A stretch of DNA of 64,000 bases from Bacillota bacterium (lineage in GTDB: Bacteria; Bacillota; Clostridia; DSM-8532), in contig JAEXRM010000045.1 of the NCBI GenBank assembly GCA_023440865.1, positions 1,154 through 65,153 on the forward strand, written 5' to 3'. Made by a program: the position numbers and the translations under genes. Each line of letters starts with the position of its first letter. Positions within the stretch are counted from its first letter, which is position 1. The notes beneath the pieces were generated by a model that was not told the DNA's origin, did not search any database, and saw only the letters and a list, made by a program, of their open reading frames with translations. Below, piece after piece: positions 46,342 to 55,206 of this stretch.

Positions 46342-49300
46342 ATGGAAGACAACAAAGACAGCAAGTCCCTTCTCGACGGCAAGTCGCTCAAGGATCTGCG
46401 TTTCATCGCAGGCGTGCAGGGCATCGAGAATCCGGACAGGTTCCGCAAGGCCGAGCTGATCGACTTGATCGCTTCGGGCAGATCGGAGTCCGAACGCGAT
46501 GCCGCCGGTACGCGGCGAGCCTCGCGCAAAACTGCGAAAGCTGCTGGAGAAGGGGACGCGCATCCCGAGGCCGCCGGCGTATTGCAGGCCGAGAAGGCAG
46601 GCAAGCCGCAGGCTGACATCGCAGGCAAGCCGCAAGCTGAGAAGGCAGGCAGGCCGCAAGCTGAGATGGCAGGCAGGCCGCAAGCCGTCGAAGCGGGCAT
46701 TCAGCCGGTCTCTCCTGTTGAAACGGGGAAGAAGCGTTCTGAGCCCGGCGCAGCAGGCAAGTCCGCGGATGCCGTAGCGGTGAAGGTCGTTGCCAAGGGA
46801 GCCTCCAGGAACACGGATGCCGCTTCCGTGAAGGCTAGGGACATGCAGCCAGCCGAGGGCGGCGTTAACGCGCCAACTGCGCCGGACGCAGTCCAGGCCA
46901 ATGTGTCCGGTGGCACGCGGCCGACCGTGACCGACGGCGCGATGCCGGAGAAACCGGAAGGAACGCCTTCCACGCCCCGCAAGGAGAAGTCCCCCAGACG
47001 GGCGACCACCGTCACCACACCGGATGAGGTTGCCATGACGCCGCCCGCATCCGAGGCGGCATCCGTTGCCGCTTCACTGGCTGCTGCGATTGTCCCCGAG
47101 CCCAAGGAGAGCCGCCCCGGAAGAAAAAAGGCAAACAGGGGCGACGATGGGGAAGCGGCCGATGCCGCGCGTTCTGGGACATCAACAGCAAGCATCGCAA
47201 CGGATGGCGCGGCTCCGGTGGCGTCTGATGAGCCGGCAAGGGGAGGTCGTACCCGCACCCGTCGGCATGATGGGGCCGAGACCCAAAAAGTGGAGGTGAC
47301 GGCAACGCCTGCCGTGGAACCTCCCGCTCGGGATGTTTCCCTTGCCAATCCCCCTGCCCAGACTGCGGCACCGGTCGAAGCCAGGCATGATGCAGCCGGT
47401 CGGGAGCCGCAAGACAACAGCCGGCAGATTCCGGTCGTCCTGACAACGGCAGGAGATGCAACACCTCCCAGGACCAAAACCCGCATCCCCGCGTCCGAGA
47501 TACTCAAACGGGCCGCCGCGAATGCCTCGCAAGTCAATCCCGGGGAACAGGTTTCTCCTGTCGTGGAGACGGGTGCGCCTGCTGTAGCCGGGCAAGATTC
47601 CGCTGATGCGGGGCTTGCCGGCAAACCGGAAGCCCGGCAAGCGACAATCGGCAATGACGGCAGTGCGGAGCGTGATGCGCAGGCAGGTGCCGGATCGCCG
47701 GCCATCGCAACGGCGGAGGCATCCGCTGTCGATCGGCGCATCCAGCAGGGTGTTGACCGCATGGCGCGTCAGACCGTCAACAACCACCGCGGTCGCGAGC
47801 GTCAGGCCAATGGACAGGACCGGTCCGCGGCTCCCGCGGCGCGCGCGTTGGAACGCAACGTGCAGGGGCCAGGACGCAATGCGCAGGGACAGGATCGTTT
47901 CGCGCAAGGCCAGGACCGATCCGCACAGGGGCAGGAACGCAGCGCATCGCGGCAGGAACGGGGCAGGCAGGGACAGGAACGCAATCAGCCACAGCAGGAC
48001 CGTGTGCCGCAAGGCATGGACCGAAACGCCCAGAATCAGGAGCGTGCGATTCCGGGCCAGGATCGCGCCGCCACGGCAAATCGCCAGCAGGAACGCGGCA
48101 TGCAGCGTCAAGGCGATCGGTTTGCGCAACGCCAGCAGGATCGTCCCGCATTCTCGCGCAACGGCCAGGGACCTCTGAATCCGCAAGGCGCGCAGAGCCG
48201 TCAAAGCCGGCCTGTTGACCGTCGCGGCCCGTCGCAGGACGAGAACGGCATGCCCGGTCGCACGCGTCGAACCACGCATGTGCCATTGGACCTGTTGCCC
48301 GATGATGGCATGTACGACGAGGAGCGCGCGGTTGCGGTCGAACCGGCGGTTGTTGCGGAACCGGCCACCACGCCGACGGCGGCGGATGTCCGAACTGAAG
48401 ATCGGGTCGCCGAGGAAAGCGCCGTCGAGGAGCTGGCCCGCGAGAATGCCGGCGGTGAGGCCGGGCGTCTGGTTCAAGGCCGTCAGACCTTCACGCGTGA
48501 CTATTCCAAGATTGAGGCCGAGGAACCGGTTGCCGGTGTACTGGAACTGTTGCCGGACGGCTATGGCTTCCTGCGCGGGCACAACTACATGTCCGGCCCT
48601 CGCGACATCTACGTGTCGCCGTCCCAGATCCGCCGTTTCAACCTCAAGACGGGTGACAAGATCGTCGGCAAGGGACGCGTCCAGAAACCGGACGAGAAGT
48701 TCCAGGCCCTGCTGTATGTGACCACCGTCAACGGGGACACGCCCGATGTCGCCATCCGGCGCAGACCCTTCGAGACCCTGACGCCGATCTATCCGGAAGA
48801 ACGCCTGACGCTGGAGACGGAACCCAAGGAGCTGTCGACGCGCGTCATCGACCTGTTCGCGCCGATCGGCAAGGGACAGCGCGGTCTGATTGTATCGCCG
48901 CCGAAGGCCGGCAAGACGATCCTGCTCAAGAAGATCGCCAATGCCATCACCGCCAAGCACCCGGAGGTGGAGCTGATCGTGCTGCTCATCGACGAACGTC
49001 CGGAGGAAGTCACGGACATGCAGCGCTCGATCAATGGCGACGTCATCTATTCCACCTTTGACGAAGTGCCCGACCACCACGTGAAGGTGGCTGAAATGGT
49101 GCTGGAACGCGCCCAGAGACTGGTGGAGCAGAAGAAGGACGTCGTGATCCTGCTCGACTCGATCACGCGCCTGGCACGTGCCTACAACCTGACCATTCCG
49201 CCGACCGGCAGAACCCTTTCCGGCGGTCTCGATCCGGGTGCGCTGCACAAGCCCAAGCGCTTCTTCGGCGCAGCCCGCAACATCGAGTTCGGCGGCAGCC

Positions 49301-49662
49301 TCACGATCATTGCCACCGCACTCATCGATACCGGCAGCCGCATGGACGATGTCATTTTCGAGGAGTTCAAGGGCACCGGCAACATGGAGCTGCACCTCGA
49401 CCGCAAGCTCTCCGAGAAGCGCATCTTCCCCGCCATCGACATCAACCGGTCGGGAACCCGCCGCGAGGAGCTGCTGCTTGGACCGCGCGAAATGGAAGGC
49501 ATCTGGGCCATCCGGCGCGCGATGGGCAACATCGGCACAGCCGAGGTCGCGGAGATGATCATCAACAAGCTGACCGCAACCAAGACGAACGAGGAGTTCG
49601 TCGGTACCATCAACACCACGTTCATGGCCAAGGAAAAGGGTGGGTTTGACGGGTATCGGTGA
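46342..49662 (+). CDS. rho: Transcription termination factor Rho with very large N-terminal insertion domain
   Basis: The N-terminal Rho_N helix bundle is [28 protein letters not shown]. The canonical OB/CSD domain is [14 protein letters not shown]...[16 protein letters not shown]. The RecA-like ATPase shows [17 protein letters not shown] and [10 protein letters not shown]. About 680 aa of low-complexity sequence lies between Rho_N and the OB fold. Confidence 0.96.
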   Translation: MEDNKDSKSLLDGKSLKDLRFIAGVQGIENPDRFRKAELIDLIASGRSESERDAAGTRRASRKTAKAAGEGDAHPEAAGVLQAEKAGKPQADIAGKPQAEKAGRPQAEMAGRPQAVEAGIQPVSPVETGKKRSEPGAAGKSADAVAVKVVAKGASRNTDAASVKARDMQPAEGGVNAPTAPDAVQANVSGGTRPTVTDGAMPEKPEGTPSTPRKEKSPRRATTVTTPDEVAMTPPASEAASVAASLAAAIVPEPKESRPGRKKANRGDDGEAADAARSGTSTASIATDGAAPVASDEPARGGRTRTRRHDGAETQKVEVTATPAVEPPARDVSLANPPAQTAAPVEARHDAAGREPQDNSRQIPVVLTTAGDATPPRTKTRIPASEILKRAAANASQVNPGEQVSPVVETGAPAVAGQDSADAGLAGKPEARQATIGNDGSAERDAQAGAGSPAIATAEASAVDRRIQQGVDRMARQTVNNHRGRERQANGQDRSAAPAARALERNVQGPGRNAQGQDRFAQGQDRSAQGQERSASRQERGRQGQERNQPQQDRVPQGMDRNAQNQERAIPGQDRAATANRQQERGMQRQGDRFAQRQQDRPAFSRNGQGPLNPQGAQSRQSRPVDRRGPSQDENGMPGRTRRTTHVPLDLLPDDGMYDEERAVAVEPAVVAEPATTPTAADVRTEDRVAEESAVEELARENAGGEAGRLVQGRQTFTRDYSKIEAEEPVAGVLELLPDGYGFLRGHNYMSGPRDIYVSPSQIRRFNLKTGDKIVGKGRVQKPDEKFQALLYVTTVNGDTPDVAIRRRPFETLTPIYPEERLTLETEPKELSTRVIDLFAPIGKGQRGLIVSPPKAGKTILLKKIANAITAKHPEVELIVLLIDERPEEVTDMQRSINGDVIYSTFDEVPDHHVKVAEMVLERAQRLVEQKKDVVILLDSITRLARAYNLTIPPTGRTLSGGLDPGALHKPKRFFGAARNIEFGGSLTIIATALIDTGSRMDDVIFEEFKGTGNMELHLDRKLSEKRIFPAIDINRSGTRREELLLGPREMEGIWAIRRAMGNIGTAEVAEMIINKLTATKTNEEFVGTINTTFMAKEKGGFDGYR

Positions 49663-49737
49663 GGGGGAGAGGATGTCGGTTCTGCCTGATTGGTCAATCG
49701 GGCAAAATGGTTTGATGAAACTGTAAACACACGATGA

Positions 49738-49770
49738 CAGAGCCCCGGCAACGCTGTTGCCGGGGCTCTG
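49738..49770 (+). terminator. Strong hairpin downstream of rho
   Basis: CAGAGCCCCGGCAAC-GCT-GTTGCCGGGGCTCTG is a 15-bp stem. No clear U-tract follows. Confidence 0.45.
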
Positions 49771-49937
49771 CTGCACATCATGTGATTTGTGGGGTTCATC
49801 ATGGATGGGCGTGGGGGCTGTGACGATGGGGTGGCCGGACATGATGCTGACAGGGAGGGATGCGGGGGGAAGAACATGTTTTCCAAAGGGCAACACGTGA
49901 TCCTGGAACGATGAATGGACGCGAGAAGGCAGTCATC

Positions 49938-50537
49938 TCACGTTTCTGATGCGTTCTGATGTTGTGATGATGTCGTCTCGGTATGTGCGTTGCCTTGTCT
50001 TGCGGTTCTCATCTTCAGCACCATGAACAAGAACAAGCCAAACCAAAGAATGACATCCCCCGCGCTGAACAATGAGGATGTGAACAGACGCACCGGAATC
50101 CGGTCACAAAGAAATGCGAGCCGCGTTCCCTCGGATAGCTCGATATAATGGGGGATCAGTCCGGCGCGCAAGGCATCCAATCGGGCTGATCCGGGCAAAT
50201 TGGATGTATCGACCGGCATGTGACCGCCATTTGCCATGATGACAAGGAAATTGAGTACTTCCCCGGCACCGATCACCAGCAAGGGCCATTGTCTTCGATT
50301 GATCAATGCAAACAGAAGAAATAGACCATACTGCAGGACCAAAAGCGCGACAACCAGAGGCCGAAATGCCTGGGGCGCGATTGCTGATGAGAAACGGCTG
50401 TTGAAGAATGTGTCGATCAAAAACCAAGGCAAAAGCAACCATGCATGATGCAGCGTCATATTCCACATATTCGTGAAACGACCCTTCAACATGAGGCCAA
50501 CGAGGATACCAAGCAGGATGGCTGACAGGAAAATCAT
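49938..50537 (-). CDS. DUF5317-like integral membrane protein
   Basis: The product is multi-TM and carries NGGHMPV and GDVILWFG type motifs. Its ATG overlaps the HD-GYP stop (ATGA). My recollection is that DUF5317 genes commonly follow HD-GYP genes in Clostridia. Confidence 0.7.
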   Translation of the reverse strand: MIFLSAILLGILVGLMLKGRFTNMWNMTLHHAWLLLPWFLIDTFFNSRFSSAIAPQAFRPLVVALLVLQYGLFLLFALINRRQWPLLVIGAGEVLNFLVIMANGGHMPVDTSNLPGSARLDALRAGLIPHYIELSEGTRLAFLCDRIPVRLFTSSLFSAGDVILWFGLFLFMVLKMRTARQGNAHTETTSSQHQNASET

Positions 50538-51889
50538 TGTTTCACCGTTTCCAAGGGGAGATCAACGACTTCTGATGCTGCTTCCATTTTCGCTTCCGGC
50601 CTTTTCTCCATGGCCTTGATGAAAGCGTCAACGACTTTGGGGTCGAACTGTGTGCCACTGCACCGAATGATCTCCTCGATCGCTTTGCTGTGCGTGAACG
50701 GGTCGCGATAAAGCCTTTTGGAGGTCATCGCGTCATATGCGTCCGCAACGCTCAATATTCTGGATTCGAATGGAACGGATTCATTTTCTTCAACCTCGGG
50801 GTAACCGGTACCGTCGAAGTATTTGTGATGGTACTTGACGATCGGTACACACTCCTTGAGGTATTTGACGTTCGAGATGATCTTGGCCCCAAGCACAGGA
50901 TGCTGCTTGATGGCGTCAAACTCGGATTTGTCAAGTTTTCCAGGCTTGTTGAGGATCGCTTCCTGAACGCCGATCTTTCCTACGTCATGAAGCAATGCGG
51001 CATATTGCAGCACTTCCTTCTGGCGTGGAGAATACTTGAGCTCATCAGCGATCAGGGCACTATACTCGTGGACGCGCTCCGTGTGACCATGTGTATACTC
51101 ATCCTTTGCCTCGATAGCATTGGAGAGTGTTTTTACCGTATCCATATAGCTTACCCTCAGATTGGAATACAGTGAGAAAGAATAACGTGATAGAAGGATG
51201 GGCGCAATGAAGAGCAATACAATGAACCAGTTGTAGCTAAGCCAGAAAACAGCCATAAGGACGCCCATGAGACCAACGAACAATAAGCTGACAAAGGACC
51301 ACAAGAAACTATTCCGCCATTCTTGTAGAAAATGCCCGCGATGCTCGTTACGAAGAAAAGTCGCAAAGAGCACTGTGTTGATGATCATTTGGAGAAAAAT
51401 GTATACAAGGATGTAAAAAGCCTGTTGTGAGATGAGCGACAATACTTGATTGATGCTAACGTCTACTGGAAGTATATTGGCGAGTACCTTGCCTCCGAGC
51501 AATGTATAGATATTGCCGGAAATTCCCATCGAAAGTGTATACATCGTTATGTTAAGGCATGACTTGTAGACTGATGAATTGAGAATGTGGTAGTACTTAT
51601 TGTCGTCTGATGACTTAACAACACGCAAAACGATGGAAATAAATGAAATGATGACGATCGCCTCTGGTCCATATGCAACGAGGCCACAAAGGAAAAGGGC
51701 ACCACCGACAGAAACACCTTTCTCCCCGATGGTGACAGTCATTGACTCAGCCATGACTCCAAATAAAGAGAGCAAAAGAATATGTAGGATATATTGACTT
51801 GGAAGCTTATAAGCAGAATACCCCAATAGGAATATTGAAACTACAAACAATATGCCTATGTATATTTTTCTTATGTTAATAAATACCAT
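50534..51889 (-). CDS. Multi-TM HD-GYP domain protein (putative c-di-GMP phosphodiesterase/sensor)
   Basis: About 7 predicted TM helices at the N-terminus are followed by HGHTERV, LLHDVGK, HHKYFDGTGYPE and ADAYDAMTSKRLY. Confidence 0.9.
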   Translation of the reverse strand: MVFINIRKIYIGILFVVSIFLLGYSAYKLPSQYILHILLLSLFGVMAESMTVTIGEKGVSVGGALFLCGLVAYGPEAIVIISFISIVLRVVKSSDDNKYYHILNSSVYKSCLNITMYTLSMGISGNIYTLLGGKVLANILPVDVSINQVLSLISQQAFYILVYIFLQMIINTVLFATFLRNEHRGHFLQEWRNSFLWSFVSLLFVGLMGVLMAVFWLSYNWFIVLLFIAPILLSRYSFSLYSNLRVSYMDTVKTLSNAIEAKDEYTHGHTERVHEYSALIADELKYSPRQKEVLQYAALLHDVGKIGVQEAILNKPGKLDKSEFDAIKQHPVLGAKIISNVKYLKECVPIVKYHHKYFDGTGYPEVEENESVPFESRILSVADAYDAMTSKRLYRDPFTHSKAIEEIIRCSGTQFDPKVVDAFIKAMEKRPEAKMEAASEVVDLPLETVKQ

Positions 51890-51932
51890 AAATGCCTCGT
51901 TGTGAGTTGATGGCAGGCGCGAGAACTCCTAA

Positions 51933-52016
51933 TTACTTGCCGACGAACGACCAGCACGCACCACTCGAAAGAACCAAGGAAAGGATTACGGACGCAACAT
52001 ACAGGATCTTCTTCAT
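51933..52016 (-). CDS. 27-codon lipoprotein-like micro-ORF (MKKILYVASVILSLVLSSGACWSFVGK)
   Basis: This ORF is too short for the ORF track. GGAGGG lies 9 nt upstream of the ATG. The product has a Lys-Lys n-region, a hydrophobic h-region and a lipobox-like SGA-C. The ORF lies 44 nt upstream of the HD-GYP gene on the same strand. Confidence 0.4.
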   Translation of the reverse strand: MKKILYVASVILSLVLSSGACWSFVGK

Positions 52017-52340
52017 CGTTAACAGCCCTCCGGTTTTTATTCCGCCCCCTTCGCTATCGGGGTCGGGCTGTTCCGCTTCGCTTAAGTGAGTGGAGATGAA
52101 ATCAGTATCCAAAATGTGAAGTGGTGTGAAGTGGCGGTGACTACATGAACGGAGATCGCGCCTGCCATCAGGTCGGGAATATGAAGTTGTGGACTATCTG
52201 CACGACGTCTAGGCATTGGCAGCGCCAAAGACTATAGCCGATGCATTCTTGGTTGGCAAATGTTTCATCTCCTTGCATACAAAATAATGTTACGAATATA
52301 GTAGTGTTTCATGCAACGGCAACAGGTGTTAACGCTATCA

Positions 52341-53009
52341 TCATGATCCATTTTGTCCCGCGTTCATCAGCCGGTTCACCAGCCGATTCACCGCGTCCAG
52401 GGTCGCCGCAATGATCGCGTTGTAATCTCCATCACGCACAATGGACGAACCAAGCAACACCTGATCCTCTCCCTTGTCGTTGTAGCTGACGGCTACACTG
52501 TAGGAATCCTGCCCCGCGATGCGCAGCTTCTGGATATCGATCACGTCAAAGACGCAATCGAGCGTCAGGAATTCGTGAAGCGCTGCGATACAAGCGCGTG
52601 CCGCGGCGAGATTACGACTCGGTGCCGTGTTCATGCCGACGGACGATCCCCTCGCAGTGCGGTCGACTCCGGCGAGTGTGACGGACATGGTGACCTTGTT
52701 CCCAGCCCATGAAACGTCGAAGTCGTTGATCTTCAACCGGATGCCAATCTCAAGCATGGAATCGTCAGCGATCTGTGCGACGCTGATGATGCGGTGCTCG
52801 AGATTCATGTTGAAGGTTGTGGCCGCAAGTGACTGAACATCCCGAACGATTTGCTTGGGAGAACGATGAAAGTTTGCAAGAATGTGAATTTCCGTGATGT
52901 CGCCTCTTGCATCGGCGACCACTTTCGTGAGAATGACGCCGGCGAGACGATTGATCATTTTCTCAAGTTCAACCGCATTGAACTTCTGTACAGTTGCCTC
53001 TTTTATCAT
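52341..53009 (-). CDS. Hypothetical protein, unknown family (222 aa) with internally repeated beta-beta-beta-alpha modules
   Basis: The ORF is clean with a protein-like composition, and RBS GGGGTG lies 6 nt upstream of MIKEATV. I could not assign a domain. Confidence 0.65.
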   Translation of the reverse strand: MIKEATVQKFNAVELEKMINRLAGVILTKVVADARGDITEIHILANFHRSPKQIVRDVQSLAATTFNMNLEHRIISVAQIADDSMLEIGIRLKINDFDVSWAGNKVTMSVTLAGVDRTARGSSVGMNTAPSRNLAAARACIAALHEFLTLDCVFDVIDIQKLRIAGQDSYSVAVSYNDKGEDQVLLGSSIVRDGDYNAIIAATLDAVNRLVNRLMNAGQNGS

Positions 53010-53571
53010 TCGTAACACCCCGTCAGGAGCAATGGGAGAGTGGAATCATTCCACGACTCCATGTTCATGGATTGATGGTTTTATTATACATGGTTTATGA
53101 CATTCGACAACACGGATTCGACTTTTCTAACGCAAAGACATGAAAATGTAACAGTATTCGTGTGATTCCTTTCTGGAACAACGAAAAGCGTTGCGTGCAA
53201 AAGGGGAAGAAGAAAAAAACTCCATGGAAATGGAGCACATGGTATCCAATACCAACATGTCTTATTCGATGATAATGACGGAATACGTAAACAGATCGCG
53301 AACGCCCGAACGGAACGCTACATTCTTTCGGTCATGCAGACTCGTTCGTACGAATCTGTTGAATATCCTGATGGTGCGGTGTTTATCCAGTGTTTGGAAC
53401 CAGGGATGCTTGCCGGTTCCCTGCCAGCGCAACATGACGGTCACAGCTTCATTTGGATCTTGCCAAGACATGGCGCCTATGATATAGTTAATGCCGACGC
53501 TTTGCAGGACAATACATGGCTTTTCATGTTTGGCATACGGAAAGCGCGACACGAAAAGCGAGGTGAAAATC

Positions 53572-53772
53572 ATGCAGGAAGGAATTCATCCGAAGTACGG
53601 CACGGCAACCGTGCGCTGTGCATGCGGTGAGACCTGGGAGACCGGTTCCACGAAGAAGGACCTTCACGTCGAAATCTGTTCCCAGTGCCATCCGTTCTAC
53701 ACCGGCAAGCAGAAGCTGGCCGACACGGGCGGACGCGTTGACAAGTTCAAGAAGAAGTACGGCATGAAGTAA
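53572..53772 (+). CDS. rpmE: 50S ribosomal protein L31 (Zn-ribbon type A)
   Basis: MQEGIHPKY..., CACGETW...[13 protein letters not shown] and [12 protein letters not shown] are present. The RBS is GAGGTGA. Confidence 0.97.
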   Translation: MQEGIHPKYGTATVRCACGETWETGSTKKDLHVEICSQCHPFYTGKQKLADTGGRVDKFKKKYGMK

Positions 53773-53798
53773 ACCGGGATTCATCCCGGTTTCTTTTC
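53771..53798 (+). terminator. Rho-independent terminator of rpmE
   Basis: AAACCGGGAT-TC-ATCCCGGTTT is followed by CTTTTCC. Confidence 0.8.
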
Positions 53799-54066
53799 CG
53801 GTGGTTCGCTGGTTATGGTGCATGCCATGCTGGATTGGACATTCCCGGTTAGAACTTCCCCAGCCTACTGGAACCGGCTATACTTGATCTGTGAGCACAG
53901 ATCGGGATGGCCGGTTTTCTTCTTTGTTCGAACAGCCACCTGTGGCAGTTTGCGCTGCAACATCGTCACCCGCCCATCCACACGACCGCCCTGTTCCATC
54001 ACAAGAGACTCGACGGAATCATTGTTTTCATCATGTTACCGGTTCCCGCCAGGAGGCTGCCAATCC

Positions 54067-54975
54067 ATGAGCGATACCATGAAGCTTCGGTTGAAACCCT
54101 TTGTCCTCATTTTTTTCGGATGTGCCATCATGACCCTCGGCATGAACCTGTTCCTGATTCCTTTCAAGCTGGCTCCAGGTGGGGTGTCCGGTCTTGCAAC
54201 AGTCCTGTACTATGTCAGCGGGAACCGGATTCCCGTCGGCGTGCTGATGCTGGCCATGAACATCCCGCTGTTTCTGCTGGGATGGCGGACGAAGGGCAGG
54301 GGATTCATGCTGCGTTCCCTGTTCGGCACCATCGTGCTGTCGCTTCAGATCGATCTGTCGGCGCCCTTTACCGACAGGCTCATCAAGGAGTCGTTCGTGC
54401 AGCTCGATGCCACGATGGCCACCCCCGATCTGCTGCTCTACTCGCTCGCCGGCGGTCTGATCCTCGGTATCGGTCTGGCGATCGTGCTCAAGGAGGACGC
54501 AACGACGGGTGGAACGGACATGGCGGCCGCTATCATCCGCAAGTTCATGCCGCACCTTTCGATCGGAACCTTCCTGCTGTTTCTGGATGTCCTGGTGGTC
54601 GTGTTCGCCACATTCGCCTTCCACAGCATCAAGCTCGGCCTTTATGCCTCCGTGTCGCTGTATGTTTCCAGCAAGACCATCGACGCCTTTCTTGAGGGCA
54701 TCAATTTCGCCAAGACGCTGACTATCATTTCGGACCAGTCCTCCAAAATTGCGGACCGGCTCATGAACGAGATCGGCCGGGGTGTGACCGGCCTCAACGG
54801 CAAGGGCATGTACAGCGGCCGTGACAAAACCGTCCTGATGTGCGTCGTCAAGCGCGATGAGATCACCCAGGTGCTGCAGGTGGTCCGCGAATGCGATCCG
54901 CTGGCCTTCGTGCTGCTCAACGACACCCGCGAGGTGCTCGGCGAGGGCTTTGTGCCGATCATTCCCCCAAAGTGA
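54067..54975 (+). CDS. YitT-family membrane protein (DUF2179 C-terminal domain)
   Basis: FFGCAIMTLGMNLFLIPFKLAPGGVSGLA, GGTDM and C-terminal GVTGLNGKGMYSG......V..RDE are present. The start at 54067 has AGGAGG 10 nt upstream. Confidence 0.88.
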   Translation: MSDTMKLRLKPFVLIFFGCAIMTLGMNLFLIPFKLAPGGVSGLATVLYYVSGNRIPVGVLMLAMNIPLFLLGWRTKGRGFMLRSLFGTIVLSLQIDLSAPFTDRLIKESFVQLDATMATPDLLLYSLAGGLILGIGLAIVLKEDATTGGTDMAAAIIRKFMPHLSIGTFLLFLDVLVVVFATFAFHSIKLGLYASVSLYVSSKTIDAFLEGINFAKTLTIISDQSSKIADRLMNEIGRGVTGLNGKGMYSGRDKTVLMCVVKRDEITQVLQVVRECDPLAFVLLNDTREVLGEGFVPIIPPK

Positions 54976-55206
54976 ACAGCGCCCGTTGGCTGCCGTTGCC
55001 GGATCGAACCGACCACCGGCCGCGTTCCTGCGCGAAGCCTCGTGCCAATCGCGATATCCATCCAGGCCGAGCTCCCGCGCGCCCAACCGAACTTGTATGC
55101 CTCCGATCGCTTGAAAGCTTAGACTTGTACGGTTTTCAGCCGGGCGAAAATGTGATACGCTTGTGTATGGATGCTGCTTGGAACAACAGAGTGAAGGAGT
55201 GCAACA

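Noticed and set aside
47182-49896. A 904-aa minus-strand ORF.
   Set aside because: It is antisense to rho, including the highly conserved ATPase core. It has no motifs and is a GC-driven artefact.
52168-52278. A 36-codon Cys-containing minus-strand ORF (MQGDETFANQECIGYSLWRCQCLDVVQIVHNFIFPT) in the HD-GYP leader.
   Set aside because: No Shine-Dalgarno lies at a usable distance, since the AAGGAG here overlaps or abuts internal ATGs. There is no signal or leader-peptide logic and no supporting context.
53191-53630. Track ORFs of 98, 98 and 103 aa between the unknown gene and rpmE.
   Set aside because: They overlap one another, lack RBSs and have an odd composition. One runs into the rpmE RBS and start. 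I treat them as non-coding or possible relics; see the finding for 53019-53571.
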